The position numbers were made by a program, and so were the translations under genes. The notes beneath the pieces were generated by a model. That model ran no database searches. It was not told the origin of the DNA and was given only the letters and a program-made list of their open reading frames with translations. DNA of 64,000 nucleotides. It comes from an uncultured Thermoleophilia bacterium (lineage in GTDB: Bacteria; Actinomycetota; Thermoleophilia; UBA2241). The stretch is from positions 416,001 to 480,000 of the forward strand of contig CAVQSP010000011.1 of NCBI GenBank assembly GCA_963715985.1, in the 5' to 3' direction. Shown here in pieces: positions 45,882-64,000 of this stretch. Positions within the stretch are counted from its first letter, which is position 1. The number at the start of each line of letters is the position of its first letter.

Positions 45882-46337
45882 TTACTTGGCTTTCTCGAGG
45901 ATCTCGAGGAGACGCCACCGCTTGGTGGCGCTCAGCGGGCGCGTCTCGACGACACGCACGAGATCGCCGACGCCGGCCGCGTTCTGCTCGTCGTGCACGT
46001 GGAGCTTGGTGGAGCGGCGCACGACCTTGCCGTACCGCTCGTGCTTCTGCGCCACGTCGATGCGCACGACCACGGTCTTGTCCATGGCGTCGCTGACCAC
46101 GATGCCGCGGCGCTCTTTGCGCCCGGGCACCTTCTCAGGAGCCGTGCGCTCGGCCTTGGCCCGCGTCTTGGCGGCCGAGACCTTCTTGGCCGGCTTCGCG
46201 ACCACGGCGGTCTCGGTCTTCTTGGCGCCCGCCTTGGGCGTGGTCTTCTTGGCGGCCGCCTTCTTGGCCGCCGGCTTGCGGGCGGCCGTCTGCTTGGCCG
46301 CCGGCTTGCTGCTGTCGGTCTTCTTCGTCGTCGCCAT
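45882..46337 (-). CDS. rpsQ: 30S ribosomal protein S17 with about 70 aa Lys/Ala-rich N-terminal extension
   Basis: Core [25 protein letters not shown]; ATG overlaps the rpmC stop (TGATG). Confidence 0.95.
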   Translation of the reverse strand: MATTKKTDSSKPAAKQTAARKPAAKKAAAKKTTPKAGAKKTETAVVAKPAKKVSAAKTRAKAERTAPEKVPGRKERRGIVVSDAMDKTVVVRIDVAQKHERYGKVVRRSTKLHVHDEQNAAGVGDLVRVVETRPLSATKRWRLLEILEKAK

Positions 46338-46552
46338 CAGGCTTCACCACCGGCTGCTTTGCGTTCGCGCTCGCGTTCGGCCTGCATGGTGATCAGGCGA
46401 GCGATCTCGCGACGCGTTGCGTTCAACTTATGCGGATTGTCGAGCTGCCCGGTGGCGTGCTGGAAGCGCAGGTTGAAGAGCTCCTTGCGCGTGTCCTTGA
46501 GGCGCACGATCAGCTCGTCGTCGGAGAGCTCGCGGAGCTTGCTAGCCTTCAA
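46337..46552 (-). CDS. rpmC: 50S ribosomal protein L29
   Basis: [14 protein letters not shown]. Confidence 0.96.
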   Translation of the reverse strand: MKASKLRELSDDELIVRLKDTRKELFNLRFQHATGQLDNPHKLNATRREIARLITMQAERERERKAAGGEA

Positions 46553-46967
46553 AGAGACTGCCCTCCCTGGTCACGAACTTCGTCTTCAAGGGCAGCTTGT
46601 GGGCGGCCAGGCGCATGGCCTCGCGCGCCACCGGCTCACTCACGCCGGCCAGCTCGAACATGACCTTGCCCGGCTTCACCACGGCCACCCAGGACTCGGG
46701 CGAACCCTTGCCGCCGCCCATGCGGGTCTCAGCGGCCTTGCGCGTGATCGGCTTGTGCGGGAACACATTGATCCACACCTTGCCGCCACGCTTGATGTAG
46801 CGGGTCATCGCGATACGGGCGGCCTCGATCTGGCGGTTGGTGATCCAGCCGCACTCCAGCGCCTTCAGGCCGTACTGGCCGAAGTCCACACTGGTGCCGC
46901 CCTTGGCAGTGCCGGCCATGCGGCCGCGCTGCTGTTTTCTGTGCTTGACTCTCTTCGGCAGGAGCAT
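46542..46967 (-). CDS. rplP: 50S ribosomal protein L16
   Basis: MLLPKR, QIEAAR, RMGGGKG. Confidence 0.98.
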   Translation of the reverse strand: MLLPKRVKHRKQQRGRMAGTAKGGTSVDFGQYGLKALECGWITNRQIEAARIAMTRYIKRGGKVWINVFPHKPITRKAAETRMGGGKGSPESWVAVVKPGKVMFELAGVSEPVAREAMRLAAHKLPLKTKFVTREGSLFEG

Positions 46968-46987
46968 CGTCTACGTCCTCTCTACCG

Positions 46988-47983
46988 TCAGCTGCTCTGC
47001 TCGGTGGTGGGCTCGGCCGGCTTCTCGGCCGGAGCCGGCTTCGGGGCCGGCTTGGGGGCCGGCGCCTGGCTCCTCGTGGGGGCCTGACGGCCCATGGGGG
47101 CCTTGGGGCCGACCGACGGGCGGGACTGGCCGTCGCGACGCGGGCCACCAGGACCGCGACCGGGTCCACCGGGACCTCTGCCGGGGCCGCCGGGACCGCG
47201 ACCGGGTCCACCGGGACCGCGACCGGGACCGCCGGGACCTCTGCCGGGGCCGCCGGGAGCGCCGTCGCGACGCGGGCCGCGACGCTCGCGGCCGCGGTCG
47301 TCGCGGCGCTGCTCGTCGCGCTCGAGGCGCGCCTTGGTCTCGTCGACCGGGTAGCCCTCGGGGAGGATCTCGCCCTTGTTGATCCAGACCTTCACGCCGA
47401 TGCGGCCGAAGGTGGTACGCGCCTCACGGAAGCCGTAGTCGATGTCCGCCCGCAGCGTGTGCAGGGGCACGCGGCCCTCGCTGTAGTGCTCGTTGCGGGC
47501 CATCTCGGCGCCGCCCAGACGGCCGCCGCAGCGCACGCGCATGCCGGCGGCGCCGGAACGCATGGCGCTCGTGAGAGCACGCTTCATCGCGCGGCGGAAG
47601 CTGACACGGTTCTCGAGCTGCTCGGCGATGGACTGGGCCACCAGGAGCGCGTCGAGCTCGGGGCGCTTGACCTCGATGATGTTGACCTGGACGTTCTTCT
47701 TGGTCATCGCGTGGATCTCTTTGCGCAGTGCGTCGACCTCGGAGCCGCTCTTGCCGATGACGATGCCCGGGCGGGCGGTGTGGATGTCGATGGTCACGTT
47801 GTTCTGATCCTTGCGGATCATGATGCGCGAGAGACCGGCATGAGCGAGCTTGCGCATGATGTGCTTGCGGATCTGCTCGTCCTCAGCCAGGAACTGCTTG
47901 AACTCTTTCTCCGTATACCAGTGCGACTTCCAGTCGTGGATGACGCCGACGCGGAAGCCGCCCGGATGCACCTTCTGGCCCAC
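46988..47983 (-). CDS. rpsC: 30S ribosomal protein S3 with long low-complexity C-terminal tail
   Basis: [30 protein letters not shown]; GTG start overlaps the rplV stop. Confidence 0.97.
   Translation of the reverse strand: MGQKVHPGGFRVGVIHDWKSHWYTEKEFKQFLAEDEQIRKHIMRKLAHAGLSRIMIRKDQNNVTIDIHTARPGIVIGKSGSEVDALRKEIHAMTKKNVQVNIIEVKRPELDALLVAQSIAEQLENRVSFRRAMKRALTSAMRSGAAGMRVRCGGRLGGAEMARNEHYSEGRVPLHTLRADIDYGFREARTTFGRIGVKVWINKGEILPEGYPVDETKARLERDEQRRDDRGRERRGPRRDGAPGGPGRGPGGPGRGPGGPGRGPGGPGRGPGGPGRGPGGPRRDGQSRPSVGPKAPMGRQAPTRSQAPAPKPAPKPAPAEKPAEPTTEQSS
47141..47260 (-). repeat. 21-nt coding tandem repeat, (GPGGPGR) about 5.5 copies, in rpsC
   Basis: Translated [40 protein letters not shown]; copies differ at synonymous positions. 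Confidence 0.9.
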
Positions 47984-48327
47984 TAGGAACGGACCTCCCT
48001 CTGCTCCACGGCGATGGTGATGTGGCTGCTGCGCTTGCGGATGCGGTTCACACGGCCCATGGCCCGGAACTGCCACCGCTTGAGGGTCGGGCCCTCATCC
48101 ACGCGAGCCTCTTTCACGTACAAGTCGTCGGCCGAGAACGCGTTGTTGTTCTCGGCGTTGGCGACGGCCGAGTTCAGCACCTGGGCGACGACCCGGGCGG
48201 CGTTGCGATTGGCGAAGAACAACGTGCTGCGGGCCTCTGCCACGGACTTGCCACGGATGAGGTCGACCACCTCACGCGCCTTGCGCGGCGCGATGCGGAT
48301 GTACTTCGCTTGTGCTCTGACTGCCAT
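47983..48327 (-). CDS. rplV: 50S ribosomal protein L22
   Basis: [21 protein letters not shown]. Confidence 0.98.
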   Translation of the reverse strand: MAVRAQAKYIRIAPRKAREVVDLIRGKSVAEARSTLFFANRNAARVVAQVLNSAVANAENNNAFSADDLYVKEARVDEGPTLKRWQFRAMGRVNRIRKRSSHITIAVEQREVRS

Positions 48328-48333
48328 GCTCTA

Positions 48334-48612
48334 CTACCTTCTGGCCGAGCGGTCGCCCTTGATGTGACCGCGGAACGTGCGCGTGAGCGCGAACTCGCCC
48401 AGCTTGTGGCCGACCATGGACTCGCTGATGAAGATGGGCACGTGCTTGCGGCCGTCATGGACGGCGATCGTGTGCCCGACCATGTCGGGGAAGACCGTCG
48501 AGGCCCGCGACCAGGTCTTGATCATCTTCTTCTGGCCGGCGGCGTTCATCTCTTCGATGCGCTTGAGAAGGCGCTCGTCGACGAACGGACCTTTCTTGGC
48601 TGACCTGCTCAA
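48334..48612 (-). CDS. rpsS: 30S ribosomal protein S19
   Basis: KKGPF, KTWSR, GHKLGEF. Confidence 0.98.
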   Translation of the reverse strand: MSRSAKKGPFVDERLLKRIEEMNAAGQKKMIKTWSRASTVFPDMVGHTIAVHDGRKHVPIFISESMVGHKLGEFALTRTFRGHIKGDRSARR

Positions 48613-48627
48613 AAGGTGCCTCCTGCC

Positions 48628-49466
<839 letters not shown>

Positions 49467-49467
<1 letters not shown>

Positions 49468-49754
49468 TACCTGCCCTCGAAGAATTCGATCTTGTCGCCG
49501 GGCGCGAGCTGCACGACGGCCTTCTTCCAGGCCGAAGTGCGGCCGCGCGACATGCCGCGGCGCTTGGGCTTCGGCCTGATGTTGGCGGTGCATACGTCGA
49601 CCACGGTGACGTTGAAGAGTTGGGCGACGGCCTGCGCGATCATGGTCTTGTGCGCGTCCGGGTGCACCTGGAAGGTGTACCGGTCGTGATCGATCTGCGC
49701 GTAGCTCTTCTCGGAGATGATCGGCTTGATGATGATCTTTTCGGCTTCAACCAT
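49467..49754 (-). CDS. rplW: 50S ribosomal protein L23
   Basis: [16 protein letters not shown]. Confidence 0.97.
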
Positions 49755-49757
49755 GTG

Positions 49758-50795
49758 TCACGCCTCGTTCAGGGCGGCGAACGCCTTCTCGGTGAGGACG
49801 AGGGAGCGGGCGCGCAGCACCTGCTCGGTGGAGAGCGCGCCGACCTCGGTGACGTCGGCATAGCGCAGATTGCGCACCGACTTGGCGACGGCGGGCTCGT
49901 CGTGCGTGACGACCAGCACCGGCGCGCCGATGTCGAGATTCACGAGGAAGGCGTTCATCGCGGCCGTGCTGGGCTGCTCCAGGCTGAGACCGCTGGCGAC
50001 GAACACGTTGCCGTTCTCGGCGCGGTTGCTCAGGGCCATGGCCAGCGCTTTGCGCACGACCTTGCGATTGACCTTGATGTCAAAAGAGCGCGGATGAGGT
50101 CCGAACACGATGCCCCCACCGGTGCGCACCGGCGACTTGACGCTGCCGGCGCGGGCGCGGCCCGTACCCTTCTGGCGGTACAGCTTCGCGGTGGACCCGG
50201 AGACCATGCCGCGCGTCTTGGTGGACGCGGTACCGCGGCGCCGGGCAGCCTGCTCGGCGCGCACGACCAGGTGCAACGTGTTGACGTCCGCGGGGACGCT
50301 GAACAGCGCCGGGTTGAGGTCGCGCTCCTCCAGCTGCTTGCCGGCGGCGTCCACCACCGTGGCCACGCCCTCTTTGCCGTGACGCGTCTCCGGCGCCTCG
50401 CGCTTCTCGGCGCGCACACGCGGCGGACGCTCATGCTTGACGGCGGCCTCGACGGCCTTGGCGGCCGGCTTCTTGGCGGCGGCCTTTCTGGCCGCCGGCT
50501 TGGCGGCCGCGGCCTTCTTGGCGGCCGGCTTCGCGGCCTTCTTCTCGGCGGGCTTCGCGGCCGCGCCGGCCGACTTCTTGGGCGCGGCCTTGGCGGCCGG
50601 CTTCTTGACGGCGGGCTTCTCCTCCGCGGCCTCCACCTCGGCGGGCTTCTCGTCCGCGGGCGGGGCGACGGGTGCCTCGGCCTGCGGCGCGTCGGCCTTC
50701 TCGGCCTCAGGCGCGGCGGCGGCCTCGACGGCGTCGGTCTTGGGCTCGACGGCGGCCTCGACGTCCTGGTCCTGGTTGGTCTCGTCGGTGCTCAC
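49758..50795 (-). CDS. rplD: 50S ribosomal protein L4 with about 140 aa acidic then Lys/Ala-rich N-terminal extension
   Basis: Core GTASTKTR, QKGTGRARAG, GGGIVFGP; GTG at 50795 with GGGGAGG RBS overlapping the rplC end. Confidence 0.93.
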   Translation of the reverse strand: MSTDETNQDQDVEAAVEPKTDAVEAAAAPEAEKADAPQAEAPVAPPADEKPAEVEAAEEKPAVKKPAAKAAPKKSAGAAAKPAEKKAAKPAAKKAAAAKPAARKAAAKKPAAKAVEAAVKHERPPRVRAEKREAPETRHGKEGVATVVDAAGKQLEERDLNPALFSVPADVNTLHLVVRAEQAARRRGTASTKTRGMVSGSTAKLYRQKGTGRARAGSVKSPVRTGGGIVFGPHPRSFDIKVNRKVVRKALAMALSNRAENGNVFVASGLSLEQPSTAAMNAFLVNLDIGAPVLVVTHDEPAVAKSVRNLRYADVTEVGALSTEQVLRARSLVLTEKAFAALNEA

Positions 50796-50797
50796 TG

Positions 50798-51412
50798 TCA
50801 CCTCCCCTTGATGACGACGACGGAGTTCTTGGCGCCCGGTACCGACCCCTTGATGAGCAGCAGGTTGTTCTCCACGTCCCTGCGGACGATCTTGAGCCCC
50901 TGCTGGGTGACGCGCTGCGCCCCCATGTGCCCGCTCATGCGCATGCCCTTGAACACGCGACTGGGATAAGCACTGGCGCCGATGGAACCCGGCTGCCGGA
51001 CGTTGTGCGAACCGTGGGTCTCGGGACCGCGGCCGAAGTTGTGCCGCTTGATGGTGCCCTGGAACCCCTTGCCCTTGCTGACGCCGGTCGCGGTGACGGC
51101 CTGGCCGTCCTCGAACGCCTCCACAGTGACGACGTCGCCGACCTTGAGATCGCCGGAGGCGTCGAACTCCACCAGGTGGCGCATGCCGTGCTTGAGGCCC
51201 GCCTTCTTGAGGTGGCCCAGCTCAGGCTTGCTGATGTGCTTGTCGCGGCACTCCTCGAACGCGAGCTGCACGGCCTCGTAGCCGTCGTTGTCGAGCGTGC
51301 GTATCTGCGTGACCGGACACGGGCCAGCCTGCACGACGGTGACGGCGATCACGTTGCCGTCGTCGTCGAAGAGCTGGGTCATGCCGACCTTCTTGCCGAT
51401 GATGCCTGCCAT
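50798..51412 (-). CDS. rplC: 50S ribosomal protein L3
   Basis: GKKVGMTQ, GKGFQG, KGSVPG. Confidence 0.98.
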   Translation of the reverse strand: MAGIIGKKVGMTQLFDDDGNVIAVTVVQAGPCPVTQIRTLDNDGYEAVQLAFEECRDKHISKPELGHLKKAGLKHGMRHLVEFDASGDLKVGDVVTVEAFEDGQAVTATGVSKGKGFQGTIKRHNFGRGPETHGSHNVRQPGSIGASAYPSRVFKGMRMSGHMGAQRVTQQGLKIVRRDVENNLLLIKGSVPGAKNSVVVIKGR

Positions 51413-51416
51413 CGCT

Positions 51417-51725
51417 CTACAGCTTGATCTCGATGTGGACACCGGCCGGCAGATCGAGACGCATCAGCTGGTCGACGGTCTTGGGCGTCGGCTGATGGAT
51501 GTCGATGAGCCTCTTGTGCGTGCGGATCTCGAAGTGCTCGCGCGAGTCCTTGTCCTTGAACGGGCTCTTGATGACGCAATACACGTTCTTCTCCGTGGGA
51601 AGCGGCACGGGGCCAGAGATGGTCGCGCCGCTGCGCTGCGCTGTCTCCACGATGGACTGCGCGCTGCGCTCGATCAGCTCGTGATCGTAAGACTTCAACC
51701 TGATGCGTATCTTCTGCTGAGCCAC
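51417..51725 (-). CDS. rpsJ: 30S ribosomal protein S10
   Basis: [21 protein letters not shown]. Confidence 0.98.
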   Translation of the reverse strand: MAQQKIRIRLKSYDHELIERSAQSIVETAQRSGATISGPVPLPTEKNVYCVIKSPFKDKDSREHFEIRTHKRLIDIHQPTPKTVDQLMRLDLPAGVHIEIKL

Positions 51726-51750
51726 TCTAGCCTTCTCTGTCCTGTTCACG

Positions 51751-51797
51751 GGGCCGGGTGTGTCCGTCGCGCGGGCGCGATACGACGCGCCCGGCCC
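51751..51797 (-). promoter_or_regulatory. Imperfect hairpin between tuf and rpsJ (terminator/attenuator or S10 leader element)
   Basis: GGGCCGGGTGTGTC...GACGCGCCCGGCCC complementarity. Confidence 0.4.
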
Positions 51798-51813
51798 ATT
51801 GCGTGTGCTGCTT

Positions 51814-53019
<1,206 letters not shown>

Positions 53020-53151
53020 AACTGCTACTCCTTTTCCCGAAACCCGGAGGTTGAGGTCACACAGAAAGCGGTACGGCAGCCCGCCGTACCAAAGGTCGGC
53101 AGTATACACGACGCGGGCCGACCGGGGCAAACGATGCTCACGTGCGCGTGC

Positions 53152-55227
53152 TCAGACACCGCGCACCTTGCTGACGATCTCTGTGGCGATGGAGGCGGGG
53201 ACCTCCGCGTAGTGCTTGAACTGCATGGTGTACGTGGCCCTGCCCTGTGTGGTGGAGCGCACGTCGGTGGCGTAGCCGAACATCGTGGAGAGCGGCACCG
53301 TGGCCGTGATGACCTGGGCGTTGCCGCGCGGCTCCATGCCGTCGATGTGACCGCGACGTGAGTTGAGGTCGCCCATGACGTCGCCCATGTACTCGGCGGG
53401 CGTGACGACCTCGACGGCCATCATGGGTTCGAGGAGCACCGGCTTGGCCTTCTGGGCGGCGTTCTTGAACGCCAGCGAGCCGGCGATCTTGAAGGCCATA
53501 TCGGACGAGTCGACCTCGTGGTAGCTGCCGTCGGTCAGAGCGACCTTGATGTCGACCACAGGGTAGCCGGCGAGCACACCCGTGCTCATGGCCTCCTGGA
53601 TGCCGTCGTCCACCGAGGGGATGTACTCACGCGGGATCGTACCGCCCACGATGCGGCTCTCGAACTCGTAGCCCGCACCGGGAACGTTGGGCTCCATCTC
53701 GATGACCACGTGCCCGTACTGGCCGCGGCCACCGCTCTGGCGCACGAACCTGCCCTCGACCTTCTCGACCCTGTTGCGCACGGTCTCGCGGTACGCCACC
53801 TGGGGTTTGCCCACGTTGGCGTCGACGTTGAACTCGCGCACAAGCCTGTCGACGATGATCTCGAGGTGCAGCTCGCCCATGCCGGCGATGATGGTCTGAC
53901 CCGTCTCCTCGTCGGTATGGACGCGGAACGTGGGGTCCTCTTCCGAGAGGCGCTGCAGGGCGTTGCCGAGCTTCTCCTCGTCGGCCTTGGTCTTCGGTTC
54001 GATGGCGACGAAGATCACCGGCTCGGGGAACTCCATGGACTCGAGGATGATCGGCTTGCCGATCTCGCACAGCGTCTCGCCGGTGGTGGTGACCTTGAGC
54101 CCCACAGCCGCCGCGAGCTCACCGGCGTAGATCTCGTCGCGGTCCTCGCGGTGGTTGGCGTGCATCTGGAGGATGCGGCTGATGCGCTCGCGCTTGTCCT
54201 TGGAGGCGTTGAGCACGTACGAGCCGGCTTTGAGCGTGCCGGAGTAGACGCGGAAGTACGTCAGCTTGCCCACGTAGGGATCGACCGCCACCTTGAAGGC
54301 CAGGGCCGCGAACGGCGCGTCGTCGGCCGTGAGCCGCGATGCCTCTTCTCCGTTGGGCCTGATGCCCGTGACCGGCGGCACGTCCAGCGGGGAGGGCAGG
54401 AAGTCGACGATGGCGTCCATGAGTGGCTGCACGCCCTTGTTCTTGAAGGCCGAGCCGCACAGGACGGGGGTGATGCTGATGTCCAGGGTGGCCTGGCGGA
54501 TGACCTCGCGCAGGTGCTCGGGGGTGATCTCCTCGCCCTCGAGGTAGGCCTCGAGGAGGTGGTCGTCGTGGTCGGCGATGGACTCGACCATCTTGAGACG
54601 GTACTCGTCGGCCAGCTCGCGGTGGTCCTCGGGGATGTCGACGACGTCGAACTCGGTGCCCAGCTCGTCCTGGTACACCAGCGCCTTCATCTCGATGAGG
54701 TCGATGATGCCGCGGAACTCGGCCTCGCGGCCGATGGGGATCTGCAGGGCCACGGGGTTGGCTCCGAGACGGTCCACCATCATCTCGAGGCCGCGGAAGA
54801 AATCGGCCCCGATGCGGTCCATCTTGTTGACGAAGGCGATGCGCGGGATGCCGTACTTGTCGGCCTGCCGCCACACCGTCTCCGACTGCGGCTCCACGCC
54901 GCCCACGGAACAGAACAGCGCGATGGCGCCGTCCAGCACACGCAGGCTGCGCTCCACTTCCATCGTGAAGTCCACGTGCCCGGGCGTGTCTATGATGTTG
55001 ATCTGCGTGTCGCGCCAGGCGACGGTGGTGGCGGCCGAGGTGATGGTGATGCCGCGCTCCTGCTCCTGCGCCATCCAGTCCATCACGGCCGCGCCCTCGT
55101 GGACCTCGCCGATCTTGTGCGTCTTGCCCGTGTAGTACAGGACGCGTTCGGTCGTCGTGGTCTTGCCGGCATCGATGTGAGCCATGATGCCGATGTTGCG
55201 CGTGTTGTTCAGCGAGTACTGTCGCAT
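53152..55227 (-). CDS. fusA: Elongation factor G
   Basis: [28 protein letters not shown]. Confidence 0.99.
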   Translation of the reverse strand: MRQYSLNNTRNIGIMAHIDAGKTTTTERVLYYTGKTHKIGEVHEGAAVMDWMAQEQERGITITSAATTVAWRDTQINIIDTPGHVDFTMEVERSLRVLDGAIALFCSVGGVEPQSETVWRQADKYGIPRIAFVNKMDRIGADFFRGLEMMVDRLGANPVALQIPIGREAEFRGIIDLIEMKALVYQDELGTEFDVVDIPEDHRELADEYRLKMVESIADHDDHLLEAYLEGEEITPEHLREVIRQATLDISITPVLCGSAFKNKGVQPLMDAIVDFLPSPLDVPPVTGIRPNGEEASRLTADDAPFAALAFKVAVDPYVGKLTYFRVYSGTLKAGSYVLNASKDKRERISRILQMHANHREDRDEIYAGELAAAVGLKVTTTGETLCEIGKPIILESMEFPEPVIFVAIEPKTKADEEKLGNALQRLSEEDPTFRVHTDEETGQTIIAGMGELHLEIIVDRLVREFNVDANVGKPQVAYRETVRNRVEKVEGRFVRQSGGRGQYGHVVIEMEPNVPGAGYEFESRIVGGTIPREYIPSVDDGIQEAMSTGVLAGYPVVDIKVALTDGSYHEVDSSDMAFKIAGSLAFKNAAQKAKPVLLEPMMAVEVVTPAEYMGDVMGDLNSRRGHIDGMEPRGNAQVITATVPLSTMFGYATDVRSTTQGRATYTMQFKHYAEVPASIATEIVSKVRGV

Positions 55228-55256
55228 ATCGTGTGTCGTGTTCCTTCCACGCGAAA

Positions 55257-55286
55257 GCCCCTCACCGACGAAGGTCAGTGAGGGGC
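55257..55286 (-). promoter_or_regulatory. Hairpin between rpsG and fusA
   Basis: GCCCCTCACCGAC-gaag-GTCAGTGAGGGGC. Confidence 0.45.
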
Positions 55287-55296
55287 CCTCGAGGGA

Positions 55297-55767
55297 TTAC
55301 CAGCGATAGTGGGCGAACGCCTTGTTCGCCTGTGCCATCCTGAAGATGTCGTCTTTCTTCTTGAAGGCCCCGCCCTGAGCGGCGAGCGCGTCGAGCATCT
55401 CGGCAGCGAGGCGCTCGGCCATGACCTTCTCGCGGCGGTCGCGGGAGAAGGCGACCAGCCAGCGGATGGCCAGGGTGCGGGCGCGGCGGCCGGGCACCTC
55501 GACGGGCACCTGGTAGGTGGCACCACCGACGCGGCGGCTGCGGACCTCGAGGTGCGGCGTGAGCGCCTGCACCGCGTCCTGCATGACCTCGACGGGGTCG
55601 CGGCCGGTCTTCTCGCGCACGATCTCGAGAGCGCCGTACACGATCTGCTCCGCCGTGGACTTCTTGCCGTCCAGAAGGACCTTGTTGATGACCTGCGTGA
55701 CGAGCTTGCTGTTGTACACAGGGTCCGGAAGGACCTCACGCCGGGTGACGGTACCTCTGCGTGGCAT
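55297..55767 (-). CDS. rpsG: 30S ribosomal protein S7
   Basis: [21 protein letters not shown]. Confidence 0.98.
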   Translation of the reverse strand: MPRRGTVTRREVLPDPVYNSKLVTQVINKVLLDGKKSTAEQIVYGALEIVREKTGRDPVEVMQDAVQALTPHLEVRSRRVGGATYQVPVEVPGRRARTLAIRWLVAFSRDRREKVMAERLAAEMLDALAAQGGAFKKKDDIFRMAQANKAFAHYRW

Positions 55768-55770
55768 GAC

Positions 55771-56148
55771 TTACCTCGATCCCTTGCCCTTCGCGCCGTA
55801 GCGCGAGCGGGCCTTCTTGCGATCAGCGACGCCGGAGGCGTCGAGCGTGCCGCGGATGACCTTGTAGCGCACGCCCGGCAGATCCTTGACACGGCCACCG
55901 CGCACGAGCACCACCGAGTGCTCCTGCAGGTTGTGGCCGATGCCGGGGATGTACGACGTGACTTCCATGCCGTTGGTGAGCCTGACTCGAGCGACCTTGC
56001 GCAGGGCGGAGTTCGGCTTCTTGGGAGTGGTGGTGTAGACGCGCGTGCACACGCCGCGCTTCTGGGGCGAACCCTTGAGCGCAGGCGTCTTGGCGCGCTT
56101 CACTTTGCTCTCGCGCCCCTTGCGAACGAGCTGGCTGATGGTTGTCAT
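55771..56148 (-). CDS. rpsL: 30S ribosomal protein S12
   Basis: [19 protein letters not shown]. Confidence 0.98.
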   Translation of the reverse strand: MTTISQLVRKGRESKVKRAKTPALKGSPQKRGVCTRVYTTTPKKPNSALRKVARVRLTNGMEVTSYIPGIGHNLQEHSVVLVRGGRVKDLPGVRYKVIRGTLDASGVADRKKARSRYGAKGKGSR

Positions 56149-56272
56149 CTGACCTCTCTGGTCTCTCTTGGCTGCCGCTGAGCACAACGGCCATGTAGTG
56201 TAGCGAAACGGGGCCGCGGCCGCAAGACGAAGTGTCCGCGGCCGCAGCCCGCGTCTCGATTCCGCCTCTCGC

Positions 56273-60529
<4,257 letters not shown>

Positions 60530-60554
60530 AGTCGCTCCCTCTGCCTAGGCGGGG

Positions 60555-64000
<3,446 letters not shown>

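Noticed and set aside
47141-47260. Regular repeats as a possible CRISPR array
   Set aside because: Contiguous 21-nt coding repeats with no unique spacers and no cas genes in the window.

Overview
High-GC bacterial core-chromosome window. RpoB and RpoC features such as '[16 protein letters not shown]' and the N-terminal beta-prime coiled-coil insertion point to Actinomycetota, most likely class Thermoleophilia (inference). The right half (35.8-64 kb, minus strand) is the rpoBC-str-S10-spc-alpha superoperon, followed by ecfA1A2T-truA. The left half is the conserved rsmI...metG-tatD-rsmA-ispE-tRNA-Gln-glmU-prs-rplY-pth...mfd-prsA-mazG-eno block. It is interrupted by accessory genes: a secreted papain-family protease and a DacB, an Lrp/aminotransferase/ureohydrolase catabolic unit, a decayed 2.3 kb patch (SOD pseudogene, type III Res fragment, DUF3024), two GNATs, an orphan DNA methyltransferase and a 2[4Fe-4S] ferredoxin. 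Five genes, including the essential secY, carry single-base insertions that are most likely assembly errors. The most unusual signal is a set of large low-complexity appendages on the expression machinery. uS17 and uL4 have histone-H1-like KPAAKK N-terminal extensions, uS3 has a (GPGGPGR)n tail, RpoB has an acidic tail, and RpoC has enlarged or duplicated modules. Also notable are a structured mfd leader and several leaderless promoters. No CRISPR array, rRNA or intact mobile element was seen.
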